Source: Bacteroidales bacterium UBA3388
Lineage (GTDB): Bacteria > Bacteroidota > Bacteroidia > Bacteroidales > P3
Assembly: GCA_002358855.1 (NCBI GenBank)
Contig: DEPQ01000067.1
Location: 1,106 to 65,105 of the forward strand
Direction: 5' to 3'
Length of the DNA: 64,000 nt
The translations under genes and the position numbers were made by a program. Below the pieces are notes generated by a model that did not search any database, had not been told where the DNA came from, and was given only the letters and a program-made list of their open reading frames with translations. Each line of letters begins with the position of its first letter. The stretch's first letter is position 1. Positions 1 through 9,770 of this stretch are shown one piece after another.

Positions 1-59
1 GAAAAAGTCTTTAAATTTGTATTCTCTAAGAGTTATTAAATTAAAACAAAGAAATATTT

Positions 60-2522
60 ATGCGAAACGCTGTTTTAAAAAATTTATTCTTTGCTTTATT
101 TTTCTCTTTCATTGCTTTGACAATGCAGGCTCAAATAAGGGGAGAATTAAAGGATAAGGAAACAAAAGAAAATATTCTTTTTGCCAATGTAGGCTTGTTA
201 AAAACATCGGATAGTACTTTTGTAAAGGGTGCAATCTCTAATGAAAAAGGTGCATTCGTTATTCGAGGGGTAAAAGACGGAGATTATATTTTGAGAATCT
301 CTTACATAGGCTATAAACCCTTTGAAAAACTAATCACATATAAAGATAAATTGGATTTAGGCACTGTTTTGCTTGAAAAATCGGTTGAAATCCTTGATGG
401 AGTTGAGATTGTGGCACAGCGTCCTTTGTATTCTATGGACGGAGACAAGACTGTGTATAGCGTAGAGGACGACCCTTCGATTCAAACCGGTACAACAACC
501 GATGCTCTTCAAAATGCACCGGGCGTACAAGTAGATGCAGAAGGAAATGTTACGCTTCAAGGTGTTAATTGCGTAGAGATATGGCTTAATGACAAGCCTT
601 CAAAGATAAAGGAAGATGGATTGAAAACTTTTTTGGAAAACTTGCCTGCAAATGCTCTTCAAAAAATCGAGGTAATGACTGACCCTCCTGCAAAATATGC
701 AAATGCTTCTGGTTGCGGAGTAATCAATATTATTACGAATACAAAGATTAAGAAAAACCATTTCATAAGTTTTGGTTCGGAAGTAAATACAAAAGGAGAT
801 ATAAGACCATTTCTTTCATACGTTTGGGCGAATGAGAAACTTAATATCGGATTTTATTCGAGTTTTAACATAGTAAATAATTATCATTCTGTAAGCGATA
901 GTTATGTTACTTCTTTTAATCCCGAAGGCGAACCAGGGGTTGATACTCTTTATCACGAGATAAATCACAACGAAAACGATTTAAAAAAATACGGAGGTTG
1001 GCTTTCGTTTAATGTAGATTACGAAATAGATTCTACAAGTTCGTTTGGTTTTTGGTCGGGCTTAGGTCCTAATTATTTTAATTCAAATGCGATTTCACAA
1101 AGAGAGCGTTCCGATTATCAAAATGGGGAAATAATCCATACTTCTTATAGAGGAGAGAGTCAAGATAAAACCTATGGTACTTGGGGCTATGTGAGTGCTA
1201 ATTATGATAAGAGGTTTGACAATAAAGGGCATAGAATGAATTTGTCTTTAGATGGAAATTTTGACCCTGGTAAAAGCTTAGAAAGAGCTATTAGAGTTTA
1301 TTCAGAACAAAATTCGCTTTTTGAAAACCTAAACAAAGAGTATGCCTCTTCTTCTGGAGCATATAGTTTTTCTTTAGATGGTAGATATTCTCGTCCTTTT
1401 GAAAACGGTGGAGAATTGGGCTGTGGAATGGGCTTTAGTGTGGATAATGATTACAATATCAAAGACGTTATGGCTTTTGATAGCGTAAGCGAGATTTATT
1501 CTTTGATGGATTCGTTACGTTCTCATAACAAACACAGCAATAACTATGAAATGTCAGCCTTTTTAGATTGGAGACAAAAATTAGGCGACTTTACATTTAC
1601 TCTTGGCTTGAATACAGATTTGGAATATAGAGATTTCATTGCTGAGAATACTTATTTTGCAGATGATACTACAATGATGTTTTTCACTCTTCGACCAAAC
1701 ATTAGACTTTCTTATAGAACAAAATCTATGCACGATATTTCAGCCTCTTATAGCTTTTCTTCTTCAACACCTTCTACTAATAATTTGAGTACTTTCCGCA
1801 ACTACGAGGAGGAAAGTTATAGTGTAGGAAACAGAGAACTTGGAAATGCTTTTACTCACAGAATGGGATTGCGTTGGAGTAAGTTCTTTAAACAAGCAGG
1901 TTATGTTTCTGCAAGTTTTAGTTCCTCTTGGAGCAACAATTCTATTAATTCGGTAACAGATATGGTTAATGATGAGTATTTAGGTAGATATATAAGTTTC
2001 TCAATGCCGTATAACCTTGGCTCTTCCAGCTCTCAAAGCCTTATGTTAATGGGAAATTTGCGTTTAGGTGCATTTACAAATCTTAATATCTATACTACCC
2101 TTTCTCATGATATGTATGCAATGGATTATATTGATGGAAATCATTACGAACAAGAAAACACAAGTTTGAGAGGTAATGTAAGACTTTGGTCAAGATTTTC
2201 AGAACAATTCCAAGTCTTTATTGGAGCTCATGCTTCTACGCCTACAAAAAGCATTTTCTCACAATCGGATTACTATTATAACTTAAACCTTGGTGCAACT
2301 GCCAATTTCTTTGATAAAAGACTTACTTTATCTTTAAGAGTGGAAGACCCATTTAATTGGAATAAGTCAGAAAACAGTAATTTTGCACCATATCTTCATT
2401 CTTCTTCAACAAGCGTAAGAGATAGTCGTTTCATTGCCTTTAATATTAGTTTGAAATTTGGTAAATTAGAATTGGAAAATCGTCAAACTCCTGCAGAAGG
2501 TGGTGGCGGTGGTGAAATGTAA
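60..2522 (+). CDS. Outer-membrane beta-barrel receptor with N-terminal carboxypeptidase-regulatory-like domain (TonB-dependent-receptor-like)
   Basis: Signal peptide ending ALTMQAQ. CarbopepD_reg-like segment ILFANVGLL...GDYILRISYIGYKP. Plug-like DALQNAPGVQVDAEGNVTLQG. About 600 aa of alternating aromatic/polar strand pattern follows. Confidence 0.7.
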   Translation: MRNAVLKNLFFALFFSFIALTMQAQIRGELKDKETKENILFANVGLLKTSDSTFVKGAISNEKGAFVIRGVKDGDYILRISYIGYKPFEKLITYKDKLDLGTVLLEKSVEILDGVEIVAQRPLYSMDGDKTVYSVEDDPSIQTGTTTDALQNAPGVQVDAEGNVTLQGVNCVEIWLNDKPSKIKEDGLKTFLENLPANALQKIEVMTDPPAKYANASGCGVINIITNTKIKKNHFISFGSEVNTKGDIRPFLSYVWANEKLNIGFYSSFNIVNNYHSVSDSYVTSFNPEGEPGVDTLYHEINHNENDLKKYGGWLSFNVDYEIDSTSSFGFWSGLGPNYFNSNAISQRERSDYQNGEIIHTSYRGESQDKTYGTWGYVSANYDKRFDNKGHRMNLSLDGNFDPGKSLERAIRVYSEQNSLFENLNKEYASSSGAYSFSLDGRYSRPFENGGELGCGMGFSVDNDYNIKDVMAFDSVSEIYSLMDSLRSHNKHSNNYEMSAFLDWRQKLGDFTFTLGLNTDLEYRDFIAENTYFADDTTMMFFTLRPNIRLSYRTKSMHDISASYSFSSSTPSTNNLSTFRNYEEESYSVGNRELGNAFTHRMGLRWSKFFKQAGYVSASFSSSWSNNSINSVTDMVNDEYLGRYISFSMPYNLGSSSSQSLMLMGNLRLGAFTNLNIYTTLSHDMYAMDYIDGNHYEQENTSLRGNVRLWSRFSEQFQVFIGAHASTPTKSIFSQSDYYYNLNLGATANFFDKRLTLSLRVEDPFNWNKSENSNFAPYLHSSSTSVRDSRFIAFNISLKFGKLELENRQTPAEGGGGGEM

Positions 2523-2546
2523 TTTATAATTTTATAGAAAAAGAAA

Positions 2547-3887
2547 ATGGATATAATAATTGCAGGCGATGGAGAAGTAGGTTTTCACCTTGCTCGTTCA
2601 CTTTCTAAGATTAAACACAACATTACTGTGGTTGATCCACACTCGGAATTACTCAATATGCTACAAGCCGATTCGGACTTATTGACAATTGCCGGTAATT
2701 CTACATCTATTGAAACTCTTAAAGAGGCTGGTGTCGCTTCTTGCGACCTTTTGATTTCGGTTTTGCACGAAGAGAGTATCAATCTAATGACTTGCATTCT
2801 TGGAAAGCGACTTGGTGCAAAGCGTTGTATTGCTCGTGTTAGTACTTTGGAGTATTTGAATGAGGAAAACAAGAGTATGTTCAAAGGATTAGGAGTTGAT
2901 GAAATGGTTTGTCCCGAAAGAATAGCTGCAAAGGAGATTACTAATCTTTTAACAATGAATACAGCAACTGAAATATTCGATTTTAGTAACGGACTCTTAC
3001 TTGTTTATATGATGCGTTTGGATAAAAACTCTCTTCTTTTGAATAAAACTATGGCAGAAATGGGTCAGCTTTATCCAAACTTGGAAGCGAGAGCGATTTG
3101 TATAATTCGCAAAGGTAAAACCATAATTCCTGCTGGTCCTGATATGTATTTGAAAGATGATTTGGTGTATTGGATTGCTAAGCCTGAGAGTATAGAAAAA
3201 ATAAAAGAACTTGGAGGCAAGCGAGACTATCAAATCAAAAACGCAATGATACTTGGCGGAGGACGAATCGGCAAAAGAGTTGCAATAAACCTTCAAAGAG
3301 ATATTGATTTGAAACTAATTGAAATGAATAAAGAACGTTGCTTTCAATTGGTTGATGATTTGAATCGTACAATGATTATAAATGGAAACGGAAACGATAT
3401 TTCGCTTCTTATGGATGAGGGTTTAGATGAAACAGATGCTTTTATCTCGCTAACCGATTCTTCGGAAACAAATATTCTTTCTTGCCTTCATGCTCACAAA
3501 CAAGGAGTGAAAAAGACTATTGCTTTGGTTGAGAATGTTAGTTACATAGATGTGAGTCAAGAAATAGGTATTGATACAATTATAAATAAGAAATTGATTA
3601 CTGCTTCTTACATTGCGAGATTTACTCTTAATGCTAATGTAACTTCAAGCAAGTGGCTATCGGGTATTGATGCGGAAGTGGTAGAGGTTTTGGTGAAAGA
3701 GGGTGCTCCTATAACGAAAAAACCGATTATGTATTTGGATTTACCTAAGGGAGTAAACATTGGAGGTGTGATAAGAAACAATGAGGCTCATATTGCAAGA
3801 GGAAATGTACAGATTTTGCCAGGAGATAAGGTCGTTGCCTTTACAATACCGGAGTCAGCCAATAAACTAATGAAACTTTTCAACTAA
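2547..3887 (+). CDS. trkA: Trk potassium uptake system NAD-binding subunit TrkA
   Basis: Two Rossmann GxGxxG motifs (IIIAGDGEVGFHLA, AMILGGGRIGKRVA), each followed by a TrkA_C-like segment. Directly upstream of trkH. Confidence 0.9.
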   Translation: MDIIIAGDGEVGFHLARSLSKIKHNITVVDPHSELLNMLQADSDLLTIAGNSTSIETLKEAGVASCDLLISVLHEESINLMTCILGKRLGAKRCIARVSTLEYLNEENKSMFKGLGVDEMVCPERIAAKEITNLLTMNTATEIFDFSNGLLLVYMMRLDKNSLLLNKTMAEMGQLYPNLEARAICIIRKGKTIIPAGPDMYLKDDLVYWIAKPESIEKIKELGGKRDYQIKNAMILGGGRIGKRVAINLQRDIDLKLIEMNKERCFQLVDDLNRTMIINGNGNDISLLMDEGLDETDAFISLTDSSETNILSCLHAHKQGVKKTIALVENVSYIDVSQEIGIDTIINKKLITASYIARFTLNANVTSSKWLSGIDAEVVEVLVKEGAPITKKPIMYLDLPKGVNIGGVIRNNEAHIARGNVQILPGDKVVAFTIPESANKLMKLFN

Positions 3888-3899
3888 GAAAAACACTAA

Positions 3900-5351
3900 A
3901 TGTTTGTAACGAGAAATTTAAACAAGAAGATATTTTTCTATATTTTCGGAATGAATATGTTATTCTTTTCCGTAGTGTTTTTTTTCTCGGGATTGTGTTC
4001 TTATTTCTTTGAAGACGATAATCTGCCATTTATTCTTTCTTTTGTTTTTACTTTTTTTATTGGCTCTTTCTTAGCATATAGAAACAGAAACTATACTTCG
4101 CTGATTTCAAAGAAAGATGGACGACTTTTAATTGGTCTTTTGTGGGTTGTAATGCCTATGTTTGGTGCCTTGCCTTACTTGATTTCTGGATTTTCTTTTA
4201 CAGATTCTTTATTTGAGTCTTATTCTGGTTTTACAACTACGGGTGCGAGTATAATAAAAGACTTATCCGTGATGCCAAAGGGCTTATTGCTTTACAGAAG
4301 TCTAACACAGTGGTTAGGTGGATTAGGCTTTGCGGTTTTTATTATAATGTTTTTGAAAACTCTACGTAATGGTGCGAATAATTTATTCAATGCGGAGTTT
4401 AACTCAATTGAAAAAGAAAAAGACTCTCCTCATATTTTAAATACGGTTTATAAGATTTTTACTATCTATTTTACTCTTACCTTGTTTTGTTTCTTGCTTT
4501 TGTTAAGGGGAGATATGACTTGGTTTGAAGCTCTCTGTCATTCACTTTCCACAATCTCTACGGGAGGTTTTTCGGTTTCTAATGGAAATATAGGAACATA
4601 CGATTCTTATTCGCAATTTATTATAATACTTTTTATGTTTTTGTCGGGAATAAGTTATTTCTTGTTCTTATTTATCTTTAAGGCTAAGTGGAAAAAGTTT
4701 TTTAAAGATGAGCAGTTACGATTCTATGTTTTAATAATTTTTTTCTTTGCTTTAATATTTTTTTTCTATCATTTATTTTTCCAAAACTTTGATTTATTTT
4801 CTGCAATTAAAGTTTCGCTTTTTTATGTTGTTTCAATAGTTTCTTCAACAGGTTTTGACTTGCAAGTAAACGGTCTTGGAATGTTGCCAACCATTATTTT
4901 TATTTTTCTAATGTTTATTGGCGGTTGCTCAGCCTCTTCTTCAACGGGTTTAAAGATTGTTAGAGTAATAGTTTTGTTGCGTTACATTCCTGTAAGTTTG
5001 AAAAGAATTTTTCATCCTCGTGCAATAATTCCTGTTCGCTACAACGGAAAAGCACTAAGAGACGAATCCGTTAGACTAATCTTTGGATTCTTTTTCTTGT
5101 TCTTGCTTTTATTTATTGCAGGTGCTTTTTTATTTTCGATTTTTGGTAATGGATTTATTGCTTCCTTGTCTTTGTCTGCCGCTGCTATTAGTAATATGGG
5201 GCCGATTATGGGTTCAATTGCACAAGGCTTTGAATATGCTGACTTAAACTTGGTTTCAAAATATGTTTTAATTGTTTTGATGCTCATAGGACGTTTGGAA
5301 ATATATGCTTTCTTTGCTTTGTTTTCAAAATCTGTTTGGAGTAGAAATTAA
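3900..5351 (+). CDS. trkH: Trk-type K+ transporter membrane subunit TrkH (copy 1, Phe-rich and divergent)
   Basis: Four pore-loop glycine motifs in order: GFTTTGASII, STISTGGFS, SSTGFD, SSSTGLKIVR. Polytopic membrane protein. Confidence 0.85.
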   Translation: MFVTRNLNKKIFFYIFGMNMLFFSVVFFFSGLCSYFFEDDNLPFILSFVFTFFIGSFLAYRNRNYTSLISKKDGRLLIGLLWVVMPMFGALPYLISGFSFTDSLFESYSGFTTTGASIIKDLSVMPKGLLLYRSLTQWLGGLGFAVFIIMFLKTLRNGANNLFNAEFNSIEKEKDSPHILNTVYKIFTIYFTLTLFCFLLLLRGDMTWFEALCHSLSTISTGGFSVSNGNIGTYDSYSQFIIILFMFLSGISYFLFLFIFKAKWKKFFKDEQLRFYVLIIFFFALIFFFYHLFFQNFDLFSAIKVSLFYVVSIVSSTGFDLQVNGLGMLPTIIFIFLMFIGGCSASSSTGLKIVRVIVLLRYIPVSLKRIFHPRAIIPVRYNGKALRDESVRLIFGFFFLFLLLFIAGAFLFSIFGNGFIASLSLSAAAISNMGPIMGSIAQGFEYADLNLVSKYVLIVLMLIGRLEIYAFFALFSKSVWSRN

Positions 5352-5359
5352 ATTAAAGT

Positions 5360-6817
5360 ATGGGATTTAGAAGTAAAGAACAAATAATAACAGGTGTTAG
5401 AGTTATAGGACTGCTTCTTATTTTGGAAGCAGGATTTATGTCGTTGAGTCTAATACCTGCTTTATATTACAAACAAGGAGACTTCTTTGCTTTGCTGATT
5501 TCGGCTTTGATAACTCTAAGTGCAGGTTTGCTTTGCAGAATCAAAAGGGTTGAAAAACAATTAAGCATAGATAAGAGATTGGGAATTTCTATTGTTGCTT
5601 TGATTTGGCTTTTGATTGGATTTTTTGGTTCATTGCCTTATCTGATTGGCGGATATATACCTAATATTGCAGACGCTGTGTTTGAAACAACTTCGGGTTT
5701 GACAACCACAGGTGCGACAATACTTAGCGATGTTGAGAGTTTGCCGAAAGGAATCTTATTTTGGAGAAGTTTAACTCATTGGATAGGGGGTGTAGGGATT
5801 GTTGTAATTGTAGTTTCCTTTGTGCCGTTTATTGGAGGAGGTGGAATGGCGTTGTTTTCTGCTGAAAGTGCAGGTCCAAGCAAAACAAAAATCTCTCCAC
5901 ACATAGCAACAACAGGAAAAATTATTTGCGGAATTTATGCTGTGCTTACTTTGGTTTGTTGTCTTGTATATTGGATTTGCGGAATGGGCTTTTTTGACGC
6001 TGTTTGCCATGCTTTCTCTACATTAGCATCAGGAGGATTTTCTACAAAGAATACTTCGGCAGCAGGATTCTCTCCTTTGATTCAATATATGATGATTTTG
6101 TTCATGGTGCCTGCGGGAATAAATTTCTTATTGATTTATCGACTTTTAAAAGGTCAGTTTTCGGCTTTGAAAAACAATGATGAATTTAAAGCATATATGT
6201 TTGGAATTTTGTTTTCGTGCGTTTTAATTTTTCTTTTTACTTATAACTCTTCGGCAGACTTTGAACTAACGCTAAGAAATGCTCTTTTCCAAACCGTAAG
6301 TTTTATTACAAGTACAGGATTCGTTTCGGCAGATTATACAAGTTGGGCTATGCCTGCGATTTGGGTTATTTTAGTTCTTATGTTCTCAGGAGCAATGAGC
6401 GGAAGTACGACAGGAGGTTTGAAATTGGTTCGTGTAATTCTGCTATTCAAAAATGCAAAAAGCATAACTAAAAGGGGAGTGCACTCACAGGCTTTTATAC
6501 CAATAAAAATGGACGGAAGAATTGTGCAAGATAGCGTAATCAACAATGTAATGGCAATATTTTTGATGTTTATCTTACTTTTGATATTGGTTTCTTTTTC
6601 TTTGGTGTGTATGGGTATTGGAATAGAAGAGGCAATAGGTGCGGGAATAAGTTGTGTGTTTAATATGGGACCGGGACTTAGAGAAAGCGGTGGATTTGGT
6701 TGCTTTTCTCATTTTCCAGATGCTGCAAAATTAGTCCTTTCCTTAGCAATGTATCTTGGACGTTTAGAAATAGCAACTGTGATTGTGTTGTTTATGCCAT
6801 CATTTTGGAAAAAGTAA
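5360..6817 (+). CDS. trkH: Trk-type K+ transporter membrane subunit TrkH (copy 2)
   Basis: Pore-loop motifs GLTTTGATIL, LASGGFST, TSTGFVS, STTGGLKLVR. Conserved LPKGILFWRSLTHWIGGVG. Confidence 0.9.
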   Translation: MGFRSKEQIITGVRVIGLLLILEAGFMSLSLIPALYYKQGDFFALLISALITLSAGLLCRIKRVEKQLSIDKRLGISIVALIWLLIGFFGSLPYLIGGYIPNIADAVFETTSGLTTTGATILSDVESLPKGILFWRSLTHWIGGVGIVVIVVSFVPFIGGGGMALFSAESAGPSKTKISPHIATTGKIICGIYAVLTLVCCLVYWICGMGFFDAVCHAFSTLASGGFSTKNTSAAGFSPLIQYMMILFMVPAGINFLLIYRLLKGQFSALKNNDEFKAYMFGILFSCVLIFLFTYNSSADFELTLRNALFQTVSFITSTGFVSADYTSWAMPAIWVILVLMFSGAMSGSTTGGLKLVRVILLFKNAKSITKRGVHSQAFIPIKMDGRIVQDSVINNVMAIFLMFILLLILVSFSLVCMGIGIEEAIGAGISCVFNMGPGLRESGGFGCFSHFPDAAKLVLSLAMYLGRLEIATVIVLFMPSFWKK

Positions 6818-6831
6818 AAATGAAGTGTTTT

Positions 6832-9231
6832 TTACTCGTGATAATACACTCTTTTTATGCGTTGAGAGACCGATGTAAATATTTCGTATGGTATTGTGTC
6901 TAAGGTTTTCGCCATTTTTTCTACTGGATTTTCTTCTCCAAAGATAACAACTCTATCACCTACTTTTGCTTCTATGTCGTTTAGGTTTATCATACACATA
7001 TCCATACAAATGTTTCCTATGATTGGGGCATATTTTCCGTTGATATATACGCAAAAGTCTTTGTTTGAAAGATGTCTGTTTAAGCCATCGGCATAGCCTA
7101 TGGGGATTACGCCAATTTTTGTTGTGTCTTTGGCAATGAAAGTTCTCATATAACTTACTGCTTCGCCTTTTTCTATTGTTCTTATTTCGCTTAGGTAACT
7201 TTTTAGTTTGTGTACGTAGCGTAAGTGTTTTTGTGTTTGTGGGTTTACGCCTATTCCGTACATTCCTATGCCTAAACGTATCATGTCATAGTGTGCTTGT
7301 GGAAAACGAATGCTTGCAGCAGAGTTGCAAATGTGTTTTAAAATTTTGTAATCGAAGGCTTGTGTGATTTCTTCGCTTATTTGCTCAAAGGTTTCTATTT
7401 GTTTTTGTGTGAAATCATCAAGGGTTTCATCGTCAGCACAGGCAAGATGAGAGAAAATTGAGGCTATTTTTAGGTTGTTGTGTTGTTTTAAGAATGTAAT
7501 TAGTGGTTTTATGTCTTTTTTCTCAAAGCCTAATCGGTGCATTCCGCTATCTATTTTTATATGTATGCGTAATGGTGTGTTTTTTACCATATCAAGTGTT
7601 GCGAAGTTGTGAACTACGACTTCTATGTCGTGTTTTATCATTTTTTCTAAGGCTTCTTTCTCTGGTGTGACAACGACTATTGGAGTTTTTATGCCGTTTT
7701 TTCTTAGCAAAATGCCTTCATCTGCAAAGGCAACGGTGAAATAGTCTGCTAAGGCAAAGTGTTCTAAGTCTTTTGCAATTTCATACGCTCCGCATCCGTA
7801 ACTTGCGGCTTTTACCATAGCCATTATTTTTGTGTTTTGTTTGAGTTGTGATTTGTAGTATTTGACATTGTCGTTTAAAGCAGAGAGATTGATTTCTAAT
7901 ATGGTTTGATGTGATTGTGCTTCTAAGAGATTGGAAATTCTTTCCATATTAAAACTTCTTGCTCCTTTGATTAGTATGGCTTTTGAGTAGAATTGTTCTA
8001 TGGAAAATTTGTCTGTAAATTCTTCTATGGTGTTGTAGAAGTGTGTTTTTATGGTAAAAATGTTTTTGTGTTTGATGTAGTCTTCTCCTATGGCGTAAAA
8101 TTCGTCTATTCCTTTGTTTGATAGTAGGGAGTTTATTTCTTGAAATGTGTTTTCTTTGTTTTGGTTTTCTGTCATTGAGGATAGTATGGCTATTTTGCTC
8201 AATGATTTGTGATGTTGATTCAAATAATCTAATGCGGCTTCTAATGAGGTTAAATCAAAGCAGTAACTGTCGTTTATTATAATGCCTTCGCCTAAGCCTT
8301 CTTTGAGTTGTAGTCGCATTTCTATGTTTGAAAGGTTATTTATTTGTTGTTTTAGTGTTTTTTCTTCAATGCCTAAGTGTAGTGCTGTGATGTAGGCTAA
8401 GCAAGCGTTCTCTATGCTTGCTTTGTCTTTGAATTTTATGTTTAATTCTTTGCTTAGTTCGGAGGTTTTAAAGGTTTTGAGTTCTATTTTGTGATTTTTG
8501 CACCATTGTTTTACTATATTGTATAGGAAAATATCATCTTTGGGGCAAATTAGTGTATGACAAGATGTGAAAAGTTTTAGTTTTTCTTCTATTTTTTCCT
8601 CTAATGAAGAAAAGTTTATTTGATGTGCCGAACCGATATTGGTAAATATTCCAATTGTCGGTTGGATTATTTCTTGTAAACGATTCATTTCGTTTGGTTT
8701 TGAAATGCCTGCTTCAAATAATCCTAAGTCGTAACTTGAATTTAGTTGCCATAAGGAAAGTGAAACGCCGATTTGTGAATTGTAACTGCGAGGTGAGTAG
8801 CATATTTTTTTGTCTTCTTGTGCTAATTGAATAACCCATTCTTTTATTATGGTCTTTCCGTTTGAGCCTGTAATGGCTACAACTTCTTTTTTGAAGTTTT
8901 CTCGTTTGTATTTGGCAATTTGTTGTAGGGCGTCTAAGGTGTTGTTTACTAAAAGAAAGACTGCGTTTGGAAATTTGTTTGAATCGGGTATTTGTTGGCA
9001 AATAAAAAATCTTATTCCTTTGTTATATAGTTCTTTTATGTATTTATGTCCGTCATTATCTGCGGTTTTAAAAGCGAAAAAGATTGTATTGTCTGTGAAA
9101 TTTAGACGTCTTGAATCGTAAAGCAAATGATGGATTTGTGTTTCTTTTAAATTGATGGTATTAACGAGGTTTTCGCCAATCACACTTTTTGCATTACATA
9201 TTTGAATTATTTGTTCTAAACTCAAAACCAT
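6832..9231 (-). CDS. murF/alr: Bifunctional UDP-N-acetylmuramoyl-tripeptide--D-alanyl-D-alanine ligase (MurF) / alanine racemase (Alr) fusion
   Basis: N-terminal half has the Mur ligase P-loop VAITGSNGKT. C-terminal half has the alanine racemase PLP-lysine motif AMVKAASYGCGA and the Alr C-terminal beta domain. A single uninterrupted 799-aa ORF. Confidence 0.9.
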   Translation of the reverse strand: MVLSLEQIIQICNAKSVIGENLVNTINLKETQIHHLLYDSRRLNFTDNTIFFAFKTADNDGHKYIKELYNKGIRFFICQQIPDSNKFPNAVFLLVNNTLDALQQIAKYKRENFKKEVVAITGSNGKTIIKEWVIQLAQEDKKICYSPRSYNSQIGVSLSLWQLNSSYDLGLFEAGISKPNEMNRLQEIIQPTIGIFTNIGSAHQINFSSLEEKIEEKLKLFTSCHTLICPKDDIFLYNIVKQWCKNHKIELKTFKTSELSKELNIKFKDKASIENACLAYITALHLGIEEKTLKQQINNLSNIEMRLQLKEGLGEGIIINDSYCFDLTSLEAALDYLNQHHKSLSKIAILSSMTENQNKENTFQEINSLLSNKGIDEFYAIGEDYIKHKNIFTIKTHFYNTIEEFTDKFSIEQFYSKAILIKGARSFNMERISNLLEAQSHQTILEINLSALNDNVKYYKSQLKQNTKIMAMVKAASYGCGAYEIAKDLEHFALADYFTVAFADEGILLRKNGIKTPIVVVTPEKEALEKMIKHDIEVVVHNFATLDMVKNTPLRIHIKIDSGMHRLGFEKKDIKPLITFLKQHNNLKIASIFSHLACADDETLDDFTQKQIETFEQISEEITQAFDYKILKHICNSAASIRFPQAHYDMIRLGIGMYGIGVNPQTQKHLRYVHKLKSYLSEIRTIEKGEAVSYMRTFIAKDTTKIGVIPIGYADGLNRHLSNKDFCVYINGKYAPIIGNICMDMCMINLNDIEAKVGDRVVIFGEENPVEKMAKTLDTIPYEIFTSVSQRIKRVYYHE

Positions 9232-9245
9232 AGATTTCTTTTTTG

Positions 9246-9253
9246 CAAAAATA
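9246..9253 (-). promoter_or_regulatory. Bacteroidota -7 box (TATTTTTG) for murF/alr
   Basis: Reverse complement of CAAAAATA. 14 nt upstream of the start at 9231. Confidence 0.4.
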
Positions 9254-9263
9254 AAAAAAAAAC

Positions 9264-9271
9264 TAATTTTG
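9264..9271 (+). promoter_or_regulatory. -7 box (TAATTTTG) for ybaN
   Basis: Matches TAnnTTTG, followed by CA. 10 nt before the ATG at 9282, which implies a very short leader. Confidence 0.35.
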
Positions 9272-9281
9272 CACTCGTTTT

Positions 9282-9641
9282 ATGAAGAAATACATACTTT
9301 TAATATCGGGATTGTTGAGTTTGTTTTTGGGAATATTGGGAATATTTTTACCAGTCTTGCCAACAACTCCTTTTTTGCTTTTGAGTGCGGCGTGTTTTCT
9401 TAAAAGTTCAAAATCTTTGTATGATTGGCTCTTGAATCACAAACGATTAGGAAATTATATTAAAGATTTTATGATTTACAAAGCAATAAGCAAAAAATTA
9501 AAAGTAGTAAGCATAACGACTCTTTGGCTAACTATTTTTCTGTCTGTTTGGGTTGTGAAAATAATTTGGCTGAAATTTTTTTTAATTCTAATAGCTATAG
9601 GGGTAAGTGTGCATATATTATGTTTGAAAACAAAGAAATAA
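9282..9641 (+). CDS. ybaN: DUF454 / YbaN-family small inner-membrane protein
   Basis: 119 aa with hydrophobic helices. N-terminal GILGIFLPVLPTTPFLLLSAACF is typical of the YbaN family. Confidence 0.7.
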   Translation: MKKYILLISGLLSLFLGILGIFLPVLPTTPFLLLSAACFLKSSKSLYDWLLNHKRLGNYIKDFMIYKAISKKLKVVSITTLWLTIFLSVWVVKIIWLKFFLILIAIGVSVHILCLKTKK

Positions 9642-9714
9642 TAAAATAAAACAAAGATTTAGAAAAATATTTTAGTGTAATATTTGTTTTATTCAAAGAA
9701 TAATATCTAACTTT
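9631..9714 (+). repeat. 21-bp phased CAAAG(A/G)A array (4 units, third degenerate)
   Basis: CAAAG at 9631, 9652 and 9694, with a degenerate TAGTG at 9673. The first unit overlaps the last codons of ybaN. Confidence 0.7.
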
Positions 9715-9715
9715 G
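9708..9715 (+). promoter_or_regulatory. -7 box (TAACTTTG) for gdhA
   Basis: TAnnTTTG followed by CA. 55 nt upstream of the ATG at 9771. Confidence 0.5.
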
Positions 9716-9770
9716 CAACACAAAACAAATTTAGTGTTTAAAATAACGTTTTAATTAAAATAGAAAAGAC

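Noticed and set aside
9671-9737. TTTAGTGT present twice (9671-9678 and 9730-9737), flanking the gdhA -7 box.
   Set aside because: An 8-mer repeated once in AT-rich sequence is too weak to call a regulator site without comparative data. It may merit a look if it is conserved upstream of gdhA in relatives.
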